Positions 17,391 to 27,551 of a stretch of DNA of 64,000 nt are shown one piece after another. The notes below the pieces were generated by a model that did no database searches, had not been told where the DNA came from, and saw only the letters and a program-made list of their open reading frames with translations. Origin of the DNA: Deltaproteobacteria bacterium (lineage in GTDB: Bacteria; Myxococcota_A; UBA9160; SMWR01); NCBI GenBank assembly GCA_032128115.1, contig JAQBHB010000093.1:96001-160000 (forward strand). Reading direction: 5' to 3'. A program made the position numbers and the translations under genes. The first letter of the stretch is position 1; each line of letters starts with the position of its first letter.

Positions 17391-19846
17391 GATCGGGGGC
17401 GGGTCAGCAGCACCATCAGCGCTGGAGCCACCAGCACGTCCGCGAGGAACGCCACCATTGTGGCGAAAGCCGCCAGCATTCCGAACTCCACGGCGGCCTT
17501 CATGTACGCCAGGGTGAACACGCAGAATCCAGCGGTCAGGACCAACGATGTGTAGAGCATGGCCGTCCCTGTCGTGGCCAGGGTTTCCCGAACGGCGGCG
17601 CGGGAATCTCCCGTTTCTTCCAGATAGCGGTTGAACTTGTGCATGAAATGGATGGTGTCGTCCACGGCCAGTCCCAGGATCACGCCTCCCACCAGGAGTG
17701 TCGAGCCGTCCAGGGGAATGTCGAGGGAGCCCATGAAGGCCAGCACCAGGTAGATCGGAATCAGGTTCGGGATCATGGCGGCGAGGCCGCGCTTCAGGTT
17801 TCCGACGAGCAGCACCAGCATGGGCGTGATGATGGCCAGCGCGATCAGGTACGAGCGCGCCATGGAGATGATCACCGCGCGAAACGTGCGGGAGAAGATC
17901 TCGGATAGACCGGTCAGCTGGATCGTGACCCCATCGCCCATGATGTGCTGCAACCCGGACTGCAGCTCGTCGAGATAGGGCGGATACACCATGGCGTCGA
18001 CCCAGGGCAGGCGAACGGTCAGGCGCGCCAGCTGGAAGCGGCTATCGGTGACCTCCTCCAGATCGTCGGAGCCGCTGTTCTCGAACAGCAGAAGCTCCTG
18101 GGCGATCAGCTCGCGATCCTCGGGCACCGCGTAGAAGGCGGGCCGGTTCTCGTTCAGGGCCTGGTGCGTTTCCCTGATCACGTCCACGATCGAAACCACC
18201 TTGGCCACGATGATGGGTGGGCGTTGGAGGGCGAGGGTATACGCCATGGCCTCTTCCAGCTTCTTCAGGGTCTCCGGGTCGTGGAGGCCATTGACGTGTC
18301 CGGTGTCCAGCACGATTTCCAGGGTCGAGATACCGTGCAGCTCGCGATCGATGGTGTCCGAGGCCACCCGGATCGGCTCATCGGACGGAAACCAGCGCAG
18401 GGCGTCGTGGGAGAAATGCACCTGGGAGAAGCCGATTCCTGCGAAGACGAGAATCCCGACGGTCACGCCCAGGACGCCCCAGGGATGATCCGTGGAGATC
18501 TCGGCCATCCTCGACAGGAAGCGCTGGGAGAAGCTCGACGCGGACTGGGAACGGGAGAGGGCGCGCGGCCGAATGGGAAGGATCGCCAGCAGCGCGGGCA
18601 TCAGGGTCACCGTATAGGCGAACGCCAGCATGATGCCGATGGGCGCCACGATGCCCAGATGCGAAATGGGCGCCAGTTCGGCGGCGCTGAAGGAGAGCAG
18701 GCCGCCTGCGGTCGTGAGGCTCGTCATCGCAATGGCCAGGCCCGAGTGAGCGAGTGCGTCGGCGATCGCGTCGTGCCGGGATCTGCCGGCCGCCATCTGC
18801 CGGTAGAAGATCACCAGGATGTGGACCGCGTCGCAGACGCCCACCACCAACAGGAAGGCGGGCAGGATCTGGACCGGCACCGAGAGGGGGATTCCGAGCC
18901 TCGCCATGATGCCAAGGGTCGCGAGCAGGGCGAGCACCACGACGATCGTGGGAAGTAGCACCCCGGAGAACCGGCGGAAGAGCAGGAACAGGAACAACAC
19001 GATGACCCCGAGCGCCGCGCTCATGGTGAGCTGCACGTCGCGCTGCATGCGCTCGTTCAGGGTGATGTTCATGACCGGTCCGCCGGCCATGTAGATCGGG
19101 AATTCCTCGGACTGATGGCGCGCCACCACGGCGCGCAGTCCGTGCACCAGGTCGCGGCTCTCCTGTTCCGACAAGAAGGCCGCCGCCGCGCCCTCGTCGT
19201 CTTCGAATCCCCCGAGATCATCGGTGCCGTCGGGGGCCAGGGTCGAGTACGTGAATGGCTTGACCGTGACCGTCGTGAAGGTGCCGTCGTCGGAGATCAG
19301 AAAGCCGCGATACAGGGGATTGGCCAGGACCCTGCGTTCCAGCTCGGCGATGGCCCGGGCGTCCCCGGGCCACACCGCCATCAGGTCCGCAACGATCAGC
19401 CGGTCGCCCTCGCCGCGGGTCGAGCGTGCGTTGAGCAGACTGGTGACTTCTTCCACGTAGGGAACGTCGCGTTCGAGTTCCTCGTGGAGCGCGCGCAGTC
19501 TCGTAAGGAACTCCGCGTCGAAGACCCGGGGAGGGTCGATCCCCAGGACCACGCGATCGTCGCGGCCGAAGCGCTCCCGAAACTCGTTGTATGCGATCAG
19601 GGAGGGGTCGCCGGGGTGGAGGAAGCTCTCGGTGGAATTGTCCACCTGCATCCCGGGAAGCCAGGAGATGCAAAGGGCACTCGCCGCCGCGGTCAGGAGC
19701 AGGACGAGCCAACGGAAGCGGATCACGAAGCGTCCCCAGGCCGCGAAGCTCGCCTCGATGCGGGCGCTTGGAGCCTGCGGCCCAGGCGGGGCCGGGCGCG
19801 TACGGGGTGTGGCGTCCAGCGCCAGCGCGGGATCCTCCTCACCCAG
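17387..19846 (-). CDS. MMPL/RND family transporter
   Basis: DNSTESFL, GVCDAVH, TSLTTAGG, IPNLIP, GLAVDDTIH. ATGA overlap with the kinase. Start uncertain (candidate CTG at 19825 or 19846). Confidence 0.88.
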   Translation of the reverse strand: MGEEDPALALDATPRTRPAPPGPQAPSARIEASFAAWGRFVIRFRWLVLLLTAAASALCISWLPGMQVDNSTESFLHPGDPSLIAYNEFRERFGRDDRVVLGIDPPRVFDAEFLTRLRALHEELERDVPYVEEVTSLLNARSTRGEGDRLIVADLMAVWPGDARAIAELERRVLANPLYRGFLISDDGTFTTVTVKPFTYSTLAPDGTDDLGGFEDDEGAAAAFLSEQESRDLVHGLRAVVARHQSEEFPIYMAGGPVMNITLNERMQRDVQLTMSAALGVIVLFLFLLFRRFSGVLLPTIVVVLALLATLGIMARLGIPLSVPVQILPAFLLVVGVCDAVHILVIFYRQMAAGRSRHDAIADALAHSGLAIAMTSLTTAGGLLSFSAAELAPISHLGIVAPIGIMLAFAYTVTLMPALLAILPIRPRALSRSQSASSFSQRFLSRMAEISTDHPWGVLGVTVGILVFAGIGFSQVHFSHDALRWFPSDEPIRVASDTIDRELHGISTLEIVLDTGHVNGLHDPETLKKLEEAMAYTLALQRPPIIVAKVVSIVDVIRETHQALNENRPAFYAVPEDRELIAQELLLFENSGSDDLEEVTDSRFQLARLTVRLPWVDAMVYPPYLDELQSGLQHIMGDGVTIQLTGLSEIFSRTFRAVIISMARSYLIALAIITPMLVLLVGNLKRGLAAMIPNLIPIYLVLAFMGSLDIPLDGSTLLVGGVILGLAVDDTIHFMHKFNRYLEETGDSRAAVRETLATTGTAMLYTSLVLTAGFCVFTLAYMKAAVEFGMLAAFATMVAFLADVLVAPALMVLLTRPRS

Positions 19847-19864
19847 AGCGGGATCCTCCTCACC
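19823..19864. repeat. 21-bp tandem repeat x2 containing an SD-like AGGAGG on the minus strand
   Basis: CAGCGCGGGATCCTCCTCACC then CAGAGCGGGATCCTCCTCACC. Confidence 0.9.
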
Positions 19865-19964
19865 GGGCAGGCGCCGGGTGGAATGTAGACTCGAAGATCG
19901 CCAGACGCTACGAGCGCGTGGGGCGACCTGACAGGCCCGGCACCGTCGCGTACCGTGCGAGCCG

Positions 19965-21296
19965 ATGGTGCGAACGGCGCGCTGGCTCCCCATGGTTCTC
20001 GCGTTCGGCGCCACTGCCGCTGCTGCTGCCACTGCCGCCGCCGAGCCGCGAGCCCAGGTCCAGGTGGAATTCCCCGGAGACGGGATCGTGGTGGGGCAGT
20101 CGACCTGTGGTGTCTTCGTGGCTGGGCGCGCCGTGGCGCGCGGGCAGGATTTTCGCCGCTTCGACATCGCGGTGGTGATCGACATTTCCGAATCCACGCG
20201 CGGCCCGAGCGGGGCGGATATCGATGGCGACGGTCGTGTGGGGGCGCCGGAAGAGAAGCGCGTGGGGCAGGGGTACACCCAGGTCGTGAGCTCCGATCCC
20301 GGAGATTCGATCCTGGCCGCGGAGGTGGCAGCAGCGCGTCGGCTCCTGGGCCAGGTGGATCAGCGCCTCACGCGGGTGGCGGTGATCACGTTTTCCGGCT
20401 TCCCGCCCGACATGGTGCCCATCGGGTCGGTGCATGGCAGGAACTCGGTCACCCGGGTGCCACTCACCTCCGACTATGTCCGCGTCGAGCGGGCGCTGGA
20501 TCGCATCCTCGCCGAAGGTCCCGCCGGCGGAACCCACATGGCGGCCGGAATCGAGCGTGCCACCGGGGAGCTGCTGGGTTCGGGAGGCTTCGATTCGCCT
20601 CCGGACCCGGACGCGCGCAAGATCGTGCTGTTCTTTACCGACGGCCAGCCGACCCTGCCGCACATGAACGACCCCGCAGCCAACGTACGTGCCGTGCTCG
20701 AGGCGGCGGCGCGAGCTCGCCTGGCAACGATCCGCATCTACTCGTTCGCGCTGGGGCCCCAGGCGCTCGATGGACCCATCGCGTCGGTCGACATGGCGAC
20801 TCTCACCGGGGGCACGTTCATTCCGGTTCGCCACGCGGGCGACGTCGTGGAGTTGGTGGGGGCGGTCGAGTTCACCGACCTCAGCAACGTGTCGCTTCGA
20901 AACCTGACCACCGGCAAGCAGGCCGAACCGTTTCACGCTACCGCCGATGGGGGCTGGGGGGGGCTGGTTCGCATGGCGCCCGGTCGCAACCGCCTGGAGG
21001 TGGTGGCGAGTTCGGACACCGCTGGGGAGGCGCGGCGCACCCTGGAGCTGCGCTTCGACGAGAAGGCAGACGCCCCGGAGATCCCCCGAGAATTCAGCTT
21101 CCAATACAACAGGCTGCTCGAGGAATGTCTCCGCGACCTGCGCCAGCGCCGCCAGGGCATCGAGGCGCGCCAGGTGCAACAGCTGCGCAAGGAGCTGGCC
21201 CTGGAGATCGAACGCGAGCGGACCCGGGCCACCCGGCGGGCCGCGGAGCAGCGCCGCGAGCTGCAGATCGAGCTGGACCAGATCGGACTCGACTGA
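19965..21296 (+). CDS. Secreted VWA-domain protein with C-terminal coiled coil
   Basis: Signal peptide, MIDAS DISES, GTHMAAGI, FTDG, DIDGDG insert, E/R/Q-rich tail. Confidence 0.85.
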   Translation: MVRTARWLPMVLAFGATAAAAATAAAEPRAQVQVEFPGDGIVVGQSTCGVFVAGRAVARGQDFRRFDIAVVIDISESTRGPSGADIDGDGRVGAPEEKRVGQGYTQVVSSDPGDSILAAEVAAARRLLGQVDQRLTRVAVITFSGFPPDMVPIGSVHGRNSVTRVPLTSDYVRVERALDRILAEGPAGGTHMAAGIERATGELLGSGGFDSPPDPDARKIVLFFTDGQPTLPHMNDPAANVRAVLEAAARARLATIRIYSFALGPQALDGPIASVDMATLTGGTFIPVRHAGDVVELVGAVEFTDLSNVSLRNLTTGKQAEPFHATADGGWGGLVRMAPGRNRLEVVASSDTAGEARRTLELRFDEKADAPEIPREFSFQYNRLLEECLRDLRQRRQGIEARQVQQLRKELALEIERERTRATRRAAEQRRELQIELDQIGLD

Positions 21297-21376
21297 ACGC
21301 GCGGCAGCGGGCTGGACAGCCGTCGCCGACGTGCGAGTCTGGGTACCTGGCTGCGTGCCTCGCGAAGGAAGCACCC

Positions 21377-23548
21377 TTGAAGGCCCCCCGGACCGTGTTC
21401 CTGCTCGCCGTGATTGCGACCCTCGCGGTTGCGTCTCTGGCCGGAGCCAGCCTGGTAGCCATGGCCGAGCGCGGGAATCCGGAAGCCCAGTACCTGGTGG
21501 GGATCGCCTATCGGGACGGGAAGGGCGTGGAGCGGAGCCCCAAGGAAGCCATGAAGATGTTGCGGTTCGCCTCGGCGCAGGGACACCTGGAGGCCCGGTA
21601 CGCCATGGCCGTCATGCTTCGCGATGGTGCCGGGGTGGCTCCCCGGGAGAGCCGGGCCGCCTCGCTGTTCGCGGAAGCAGCCAAGGAAGGGCATGCGGCC
21701 TCGCAGCTGGCTTTGGGCGAGATGCTGATGACGGGGCGCGGGACCGCGCAGGATGACGCGCTGGCGGTCCAGTGGCTGGATCGAGCCGCCAAGCAGAACG
21801 TTGCCGCGGCCCAGGGGCTCCTGGGCGAGTTGGCCTACGGCGGCCGGGGCATGGACAAGAATCCGGCGCAGGCCTACTACCTGTTGTCTCTGGCAGGTGA
21901 CGCGGTGAGCCCCCGCGGCGCCACGACCCGCGACGAACTCGGCAAGAAGCTGAACCGCAAGAAGAAGGCCGAGGTCCACGGCATGATCCGGAGCTTCCGC
22001 GCCGAGAATCCGCCCATGGCCCCGCGTGCGAGTCCGCTGGCCGCCATCCCGCTGCTGGATGCGGCTCCCGAGCCGGTCGCTGCGACCCCGGAAATCGTCC
22101 CGATCATGTTGTCGGCCGAGCAGGAAGCGCGCCTCGTGGAGGCGGAGGGCCTGGTCGCCGCGGAATCCGGCGCTGGTGCTGCGGCCGCGACCCGGGCCGT
22201 GGCCCTGACGGATGCGATCCGGGTCGTCGACCCCGGTAACCTGCGCGCCGAGTGGGTCCGCGGGCGGGCATTTTTGGCATTGGGGCGCGACGCGGAGGCG
22301 CGCGTTGCTCTTCAAGCAATCCTTGCGCGCGAGCCTGGCTCGGCCGACGCCCACTTGCTGCTTGGCCTTGCCGAACTGCGGCTCGGCAACAGCGACGCGG
22401 CTCGCCGCGAGCTGACGCGAGTCCTGCAAGTCGACCCGGCGCGCATCGAGGCCAGACGCGCCCTGGCTCGGGTCCATGCGATGGCCGGCGACCCCGAATC
22501 GACGGTGACCCAGGCGCGGCTCGCCCTGGAGCTGGATTCCAACGATCTGGAGACCCGGATGCTGCTGGTAGAGAGCCTGATGGCCCTGGGTCGCGCCCAC
22601 GACGCCCTGAGAATGCTTCGGGCGATTCCCGAAGAAGAGCGCGACGCCGAGGTGGTTGCGGACATGGGGCTCATCCAGCTCGAGCTCGGTCAGCGCGCCG
22701 AGGCCCGTCGCGACCTGACCCGCGCCGAGGCGAGCCGACCCGGCGACCCGGACACACTGGCCGGACTCCTGGTCCTGGACGCTGCCGAAGGTCGCACCGA
22801 AGAGTCCATTCGCCGCATCGACGCCGCGCTATTGGTCCGGCCGGGCGACGCGGCGCTGCACCGGGTGCGGGCCCTGGCGGCCGCTGCGGCGGGACGGGAT
22901 GCCGAGGCTGCGGAGCACTTCCAGCAGGCACTGGCCCTGGACCCGTCCGACGGGCGGAGCGCCATGGAGCTGGCCGGACTCCAGGCTCGGAACGGACGTC
23001 CGCTGGAGGCTCTGGGCACCTACGAGCGGGCGCTCGCGGCATCGCCCTCCGATGCCGATCTCCACGCGGCGCGCGCGTCCCTGCTCCTCGCCCAGGGCGA
23101 TCGCGAGGCCGCGATCGAGAGCTACGAGGCGGCCATCGGCAGCAGTGCGACCCACGCCGCAGCGCGAAACGAGCTCGCGTATCTGCTGGCCGACGATCGC
23201 AAGCGCCTGGACCGGGCTCTGGAACTCGCCGAGGAGGCGCGAAGCCTGATGCCGGGAAGTCCCGAGCCGGCGGCGACGCTGGGCAAGATCTACTTCGAAC
23301 GCGACGACGTCCAGGCCGCCATCCGTTATCTGCGCCAGGCCGAAGCGGGACTCGACCCCCGCGACCCACGGCTTGGCGAGGTCCGCTATCTCCTGGGTGC
23401 CTCGTACGTGGCCGACGGAGACCTGCGCCAGGGTCGCGAGGCCCTGGTGCGGGCTCTGGAGAGCGCGCCCCCGTCCGGCGCCCAGGTGCACCCGGCCTGG
23501 GTCGCTGAGGCTCGCGAAGCCCTGACACGCATCGGCAACTCTCGCTAG
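21377..23548 (+). CDS. Secreted Sel1-repeat plus TPR-repeat protein (C-terminus PrsT-like)
   Basis: SD GAAGGA then TTG, signal peptide, 4 Sel1 repeats, Pro/Ala linker, many TPRs ending in NELAYLLA...ATLGKIYF. Confidence 0.82.
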   Translation: MKAPRTVFLLAVIATLAVASLAGASLVAMAERGNPEAQYLVGIAYRDGKGVERSPKEAMKMLRFASAQGHLEARYAMAVMLRDGAGVAPRESRAASLFAEAAKEGHAASQLALGEMLMTGRGTAQDDALAVQWLDRAAKQNVAAAQGLLGELAYGGRGMDKNPAQAYYLLSLAGDAVSPRGATTRDELGKKLNRKKKAEVHGMIRSFRAENPPMAPRASPLAAIPLLDAAPEPVAATPEIVPIMLSAEQEARLVEAEGLVAAESGAGAAAATRAVALTDAIRVVDPGNLRAEWVRGRAFLALGRDAEARVALQAILAREPGSADAHLLLGLAELRLGNSDAARRELTRVLQVDPARIEARRALARVHAMAGDPESTVTQARLALELDSNDLETRMLLVESLMALGRAHDALRMLRAIPEEERDAEVVADMGLIQLELGQRAEARRDLTRAEASRPGDPDTLAGLLVLDAAEGRTEESIRRIDAALLVRPGDAALHRVRALAAAAAGRDAEAAEHFQQALALDPSDGRSAMELAGLQARNGRPLEALGTYERALAASPSDADLHAARASLLLAQGDREAAIESYEAAIGSSATHAAARNELAYLLADDRKRLDRALELAEEARSLMPGSPEPAATLGKIYFERDDVQAAIRYLRQAEAGLDPRDPRLGEVRYLLGASYVADGDLRQGREALVRALESAPPSGAQVHPAWVAEAREALTRIGNSR

Positions 23549-23653
23549 ATCCCTCCCGGCGTGCTCAAGTAGGGGTGCCTCCGCCGCCGACAAGCCAGGC
23601 GAGGGGGTGCATTTCGCGCGGGCCCGGGCGGGCTTGCGCGATCGATCCGAAAC

Positions 23654-25393
23654 ATGGAATCGGCGGTTCGAGTCTGGCTCGCACAGCAGTGCGAGATGAT
23701 GCCCGGTGTCACCCGGGGCCTGGTGGTCGTGCGCGCGCCGGAAGGCGACGCCATCGTTCCCGCCGCCCAGTGGCCCGACGCCAAGGGGGACGTACGCGAA
23801 CTGGCCGCCGTGGCCGGCCTCGCCATCCGAAAGGGGCGGACGCTGGCCCAGGCGGGGCCCGATGGAGCGAGCTGGGTGGCCGTCCCCTTCGGCAGCGCCA
23901 ATTCCCAGGTCGGCGTCGTAGTGCTCGAGCTGGAGAAGGGCGGCGAAGAGGACGCCAGGGACGCCATCGAGGATGTGCGTCTCGGCATTGCCTGGCTCGA
24001 GGTCATCAAGAAGCGCGACGCGGCGAAAGAGCGCCTGGTGGCGGTCCTCGAGTTCGTGAGCCTGGCTGTGGAGCAAGAGCGCGGGTCGGCGGGCACCACG
24101 GCGGTCGCCACCGAGATGGCCACACGCCTGGGGTTCGACCGGGTGAGTCTGGGTTTCTCGCGGCGCGGGCGCGTGACGGTGGAAGCCCTCTCCCACAGCG
24201 CCACGTTCGATCGCAAGGCCAACCTGATTCGAGACCTGTCGCGGGCGATGGAAGAGGCCTGTGATCAGGACGCGGTGATCCTGCATCCGGAGCCGCAGGG
24301 AGTGACGCCACGGATCGCGCGCGAGCACCAGCAGCTGGCCCGGAAATACGGGGCGCACAGCGCGTGCACGGTGCCCATGGCCGTGGCGGGAAAGGTGATG
24401 GGAGCCTTCACCTTCGAACGGGCGACTCCGCTGCCCATCACGACCGACACGATCCAGCTGTGCGAGGACGCGGTGGCGTTGGTGGGCCCCCTCCTGCAGC
24501 TGCGGCACGCCCACGAGACGCGGGCCTGGGACCGCATGCGCGACTGGCTGGCCCAGCATGCGGCGAAGCTCTTTGGGCCCCACCACCCGACCCTCAAGCT
24601 CGTGGCCTCGACGCTCACCCTGCTGGTGGCGTTTCTGGCCCTGGCCCGCGCCGACTACCGCGTGGTAGCCGACGCCACCCTGGAGGGGCGAGTCCAACGC
24701 GCCATCGTTGCGGGACTGGACGGATACATTGCGGAGGCCCACGCCCGCGCCGGCGACCTGGTGCAGGCGGGGCAGATGCTGGGGCGCCTGGACGAACGCG
24801 ACCTGGCGCTCGAGCAGCGCAAGCTCGTGGCCCTGCGCGAACAGTTCCGAACCGAATCTCGCGAAGCCCTGGCGGGTCACGACCGCATCCAGGTCAATAT
24901 CTTGAGCGCCAAGCTGGCCCAGGCGGATGCCGAGCTCGACCTCATCACCGAACAGCTGCAGCGCACGCTGTTGGTGGCACCGTTCGAGGGCGTCGTGGTG
25001 CGCGGCGACCTGAGTCAATCGCTGGGGTCGCCCGTCGAGCGTGGCGAGGTGCTGTTCGAGATCGCTCCGCTGGACGGCTACCGGATCATCCTGAAGGTCG
25101 ACGAGCGTCAGATTTCCGATGTGGCGGTGGGCGCGAGCGGGCGGCTCGCGCTGTCGGCCATGCCCGGCAGCCCGCTGCCGCTCACGGTCCAGAAGGTGAC
25201 TCCGGTGTCGGTGGCCGAGGAGGGACGAAACTACTTCCGCGTCGAAGCCCGACTCGAACGCGGGGCCGAGTCGCTGCGGCCGGGCATGGAGGGCATCGCC
25301 AAGATCGACGTGGACCGTCGCTCGCTGTTCTGGATCATGACCCACGAGCTGGCCGACTGGCTGCGCCTGTGGGTCTGGTCCTGGTCGCTCTAG
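23654..25393 (+). CDS. GAF-domain membrane fusion protein (HlyD-like adaptor)
   Basis: GAF-like N-terminus (DRVSLG...ALSHSATFD...AMEEACDQ), TM helix, lipoyl halves (DGYIAEAHARAGDLV, APFEGVV), LRPGMEG. Confidence 0.85.
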   Translation: MESAVRVWLAQQCEMMPGVTRGLVVVRAPEGDAIVPAAQWPDAKGDVRELAAVAGLAIRKGRTLAQAGPDGASWVAVPFGSANSQVGVVVLELEKGGEEDARDAIEDVRLGIAWLEVIKKRDAAKERLVAVLEFVSLAVEQERGSAGTTAVATEMATRLGFDRVSLGFSRRGRVTVEALSHSATFDRKANLIRDLSRAMEEACDQDAVILHPEPQGVTPRIAREHQQLARKYGAHSACTVPMAVAGKVMGAFTFERATPLPITTDTIQLCEDAVALVGPLLQLRHAHETRAWDRMRDWLAQHAAKLFGPHHPTLKLVASTLTLLVAFLALARADYRVVADATLEGRVQRAIVAGLDGYIAEAHARAGDLVQAGQMLGRLDERDLALEQRKLVALREQFRTESREALAGHDRIQVNILSAKLAQADAELDLITEQLQRTLLVAPFEGVVVRGDLSQSLGSPVERGEVLFEIAPLDGYRIILKVDERQISDVAVGASGRLALSAMPGSPLPLTVQKVTPVSVAEEGRNYFRVEARLERGAESLRPGMEGIAKIDVDRRSLFWIMTHELADWLRLWVWSWSL

Positions 25394-25403
25394 GGCACGC
25401 CGC

Positions 25404-27551
25404 GTGTCGGACGCCCTGCTCAGTCCCTCCTGGTACCGGGTCGCCCGGCTCAAGCCGCGCATTCGCGAGCACGTGGCCTTTCATCGCCACCACTACCGGG
25501 GTCAGCTCTGGTACGTGCTCCAGGATCACGCGACGGCGCGTTGCCACCGCCTGACGCCCGCTGCCTATCAGATGGCGGGCCTGATGAACGGGGAGCGGAC
25601 GGCCAACGAGATCTGGGAGGCGGTTTCCACCGAACTCGGCGACGAGGGCCCCACCCAGGACGAGATGATCCGGCTTCTCGGTCTGCTCCACTTCGCCGAC
25701 GTGCTCCAGAGCGACGTCACCCCCGACACCATGGAGATCCTGCGTCGCTCCCAACGGCGCGACGGGGGCGAGTCGTGGCGTCGCTACGCCAATCCAGTCT
25801 CCATCAAGTTCCCGCTCTTCGATCCGGACGATTTTCTGGAGCGCTGGCTCCCGCTGGTGCGGCCGTTGTTCTCGTGGCCTGCTGCGGTGGTGTGGTGCAG
25901 CGTGGTGATCACGGCGATCGTGATGGCGGCTTCCCACGCGTCGGAACTTGCGGCCAGTCCGCCGTCCGAGCTTTTCGACCCGGGCAACTTCGTGCTGCTC
26001 TGGTTCGTATACCCGATGATCAAGGCCTTGCACGAGCTGGGTCACGCCTTCGCCACCAAGTTCTGGGGCGGCGAGGTCCACGAGGTAGGGATCCTGTTCC
26101 TGGTGTTTGCGCCGATTCCCTACGTAGATGCGTCGGCCGCCACCGTGTTTCCGGAGAAGGCGCGGCGCGTGGCGGTGAGCGCCGCCGGCGTGGGGGTCGA
26201 GGTCTTCCTGGCTGCGGTGGCGCTGATCGTGTGGTTGAACATCGAACCGGGGCTGGTGCGCTCGATTGCCTTCGACGTGATGTGGATCGGCACCGTATCG
26301 ACGCTGCTGTTCAACGGCAATCCGCTGATGCGCTTCGACGGCTACTACGTGCTGGCGGACCTGATCGAGATCCCGAACCTGAATGGTCGTTCCCGGGAGT
26401 ACATGATCCACCTGGCCATGAAATATCTGATGGGCGTCAAGCAGACCCGCAACCCGGTCAATGCGCCGGGCGAGGCGCGTTGGTTCATCGCTTACGCGGT
26501 GCCGGCCTCGATCTATCGCCTCTTCATCACATTCGGAATCGCCCTCTACCTGTCGGGGCGCTTTTTCGTCGTGGGCGTGCTGTTGGCGCTCGTTGCCCTG
26601 GTGATGCAGACCCTGGTTCCGTTGGGCCGTTTGATTTCGTTCGTCCTCACGAGCCAACGGCTGGCTCAGGTTCGGAGCCGCGCCGTGTTGACGAGCATCG
26701 CCATCGCTGGCGGCTCGATGATCCTGTTCCTGATGGTGCCGATTCCGTTGCGAACCATGGCGGAGGGCGTGGTGTGGCCGCCCGAGGGGGCCCAGGTCCG
26801 GGCGGGGGCCGACGGCTTCGTGGTGCAGGTGCTTGCGACACCGCAGACCTTCGTGAGGCGGGGCGACCCGCTGGTCCTGACCCGCGACCCCACGCTGGAA
26901 ACCCGGGTGCGAATCCTCGAGGGGCAACTGCGCGAGTTGCAGGCCCGCTACCACGGCGAGCAGATCTCGGATCTGGTCCGATCCCAGATCACCGAGGACG
27001 AGATCCGATCGGTGGAGGCTTCGCTGGCGCTGGCGCGCGAGCGCGTGGGGGATGTCCTGATCCGGAGCCCTGGAGAGGGGACCTTCGTGGTGGCCCAGGC
27101 CATGGATCTGGCGGATCGCTACGTGAACCAGGGCGAACTGATCGGCTACGTGGTGGGAGCCGCGATCACCACGGCCCGGGTCGTCGTGCCCCAGTCGTAT
27201 GCCAACCTGGTGCGGGAGCACACCCAAGGCGTCGACCTGCGTCTGGCCAGTCGTGTGGGCGACGTCCTCGCGTCGACGATCCTGCGCGAGGTGCCCGCGG
27301 CCACCGATCGGCTCCCGAATCCGGCGCTGGGCAGCGCGGGCGGCGGCCGACTCGCGATCGACCCGGCGGATCCCGAGAGGTTGACAACCCTCGAAACCGT
27401 ATTCCAGCTGGATGTCACCATCCCGGCGGCGGCCAACGTGCGCGAGATCGGTGGGCGTGTGTACGTGCGTTTCGATCACGGTACCGAGCCGGTGGCACTG
27501 CGCACCTATCGCGCCATGCGCCGCCTGTTCCTGAGGCAGATCGGTGTCTAG
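25404..27551 (+). CDS. PqqD-like domain, M50 (site-2) peptidase domain and membrane-fusion domain fusion
   Basis: HELGH (HExxH) and FNGNPLMRFDGYY (NxxP...DG), N-terminal PqqD/RRE-like segment (MNGERTANEIW), C-terminal lipoyl/hairpin MFP. Confidence 0.85.
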   Translation: MSDALLSPSWYRVARLKPRIREHVAFHRHHYRGQLWYVLQDHATARCHRLTPAAYQMAGLMNGERTANEIWEAVSTELGDEGPTQDEMIRLLGLLHFADVLQSDVTPDTMEILRRSQRRDGGESWRRYANPVSIKFPLFDPDDFLERWLPLVRPLFSWPAAVVWCSVVITAIVMAASHASELAASPPSELFDPGNFVLLWFVYPMIKALHELGHAFATKFWGGEVHEVGILFLVFAPIPYVDASAATVFPEKARRVAVSAAGVGVEVFLAAVALIVWLNIEPGLVRSIAFDVMWIGTVSTLLFNGNPLMRFDGYYVLADLIEIPNLNGRSREYMIHLAMKYLMGVKQTRNPVNAPGEARWFIAYAVPASIYRLFITFGIALYLSGRFFVVGVLLALVALVMQTLVPLGRLISFVLTSQRLAQVRSRAVLTSIAIAGGSMILFLMVPIPLRTMAEGVVWPPEGAQVRAGADGFVVQVLATPQTFVRRGDPLVLTRDPTLETRVRILEGQLRELQARYHGEQISDLVRSQITEDEIRSVEASLALARERVGDVLIRSPGEGTFVVAQAMDLADRYVNQGELIGYVVGAAITTARVVVPQSYANLVREHTQGVDLRLASRVGDVLASTILREVPAATDRLPNPALGSAGGGRLAIDPADPERLTTLETVFQLDVTIPAAANVREIGGRVYVRFDHGTEPVALRTYRAMRRLFLRQIGV

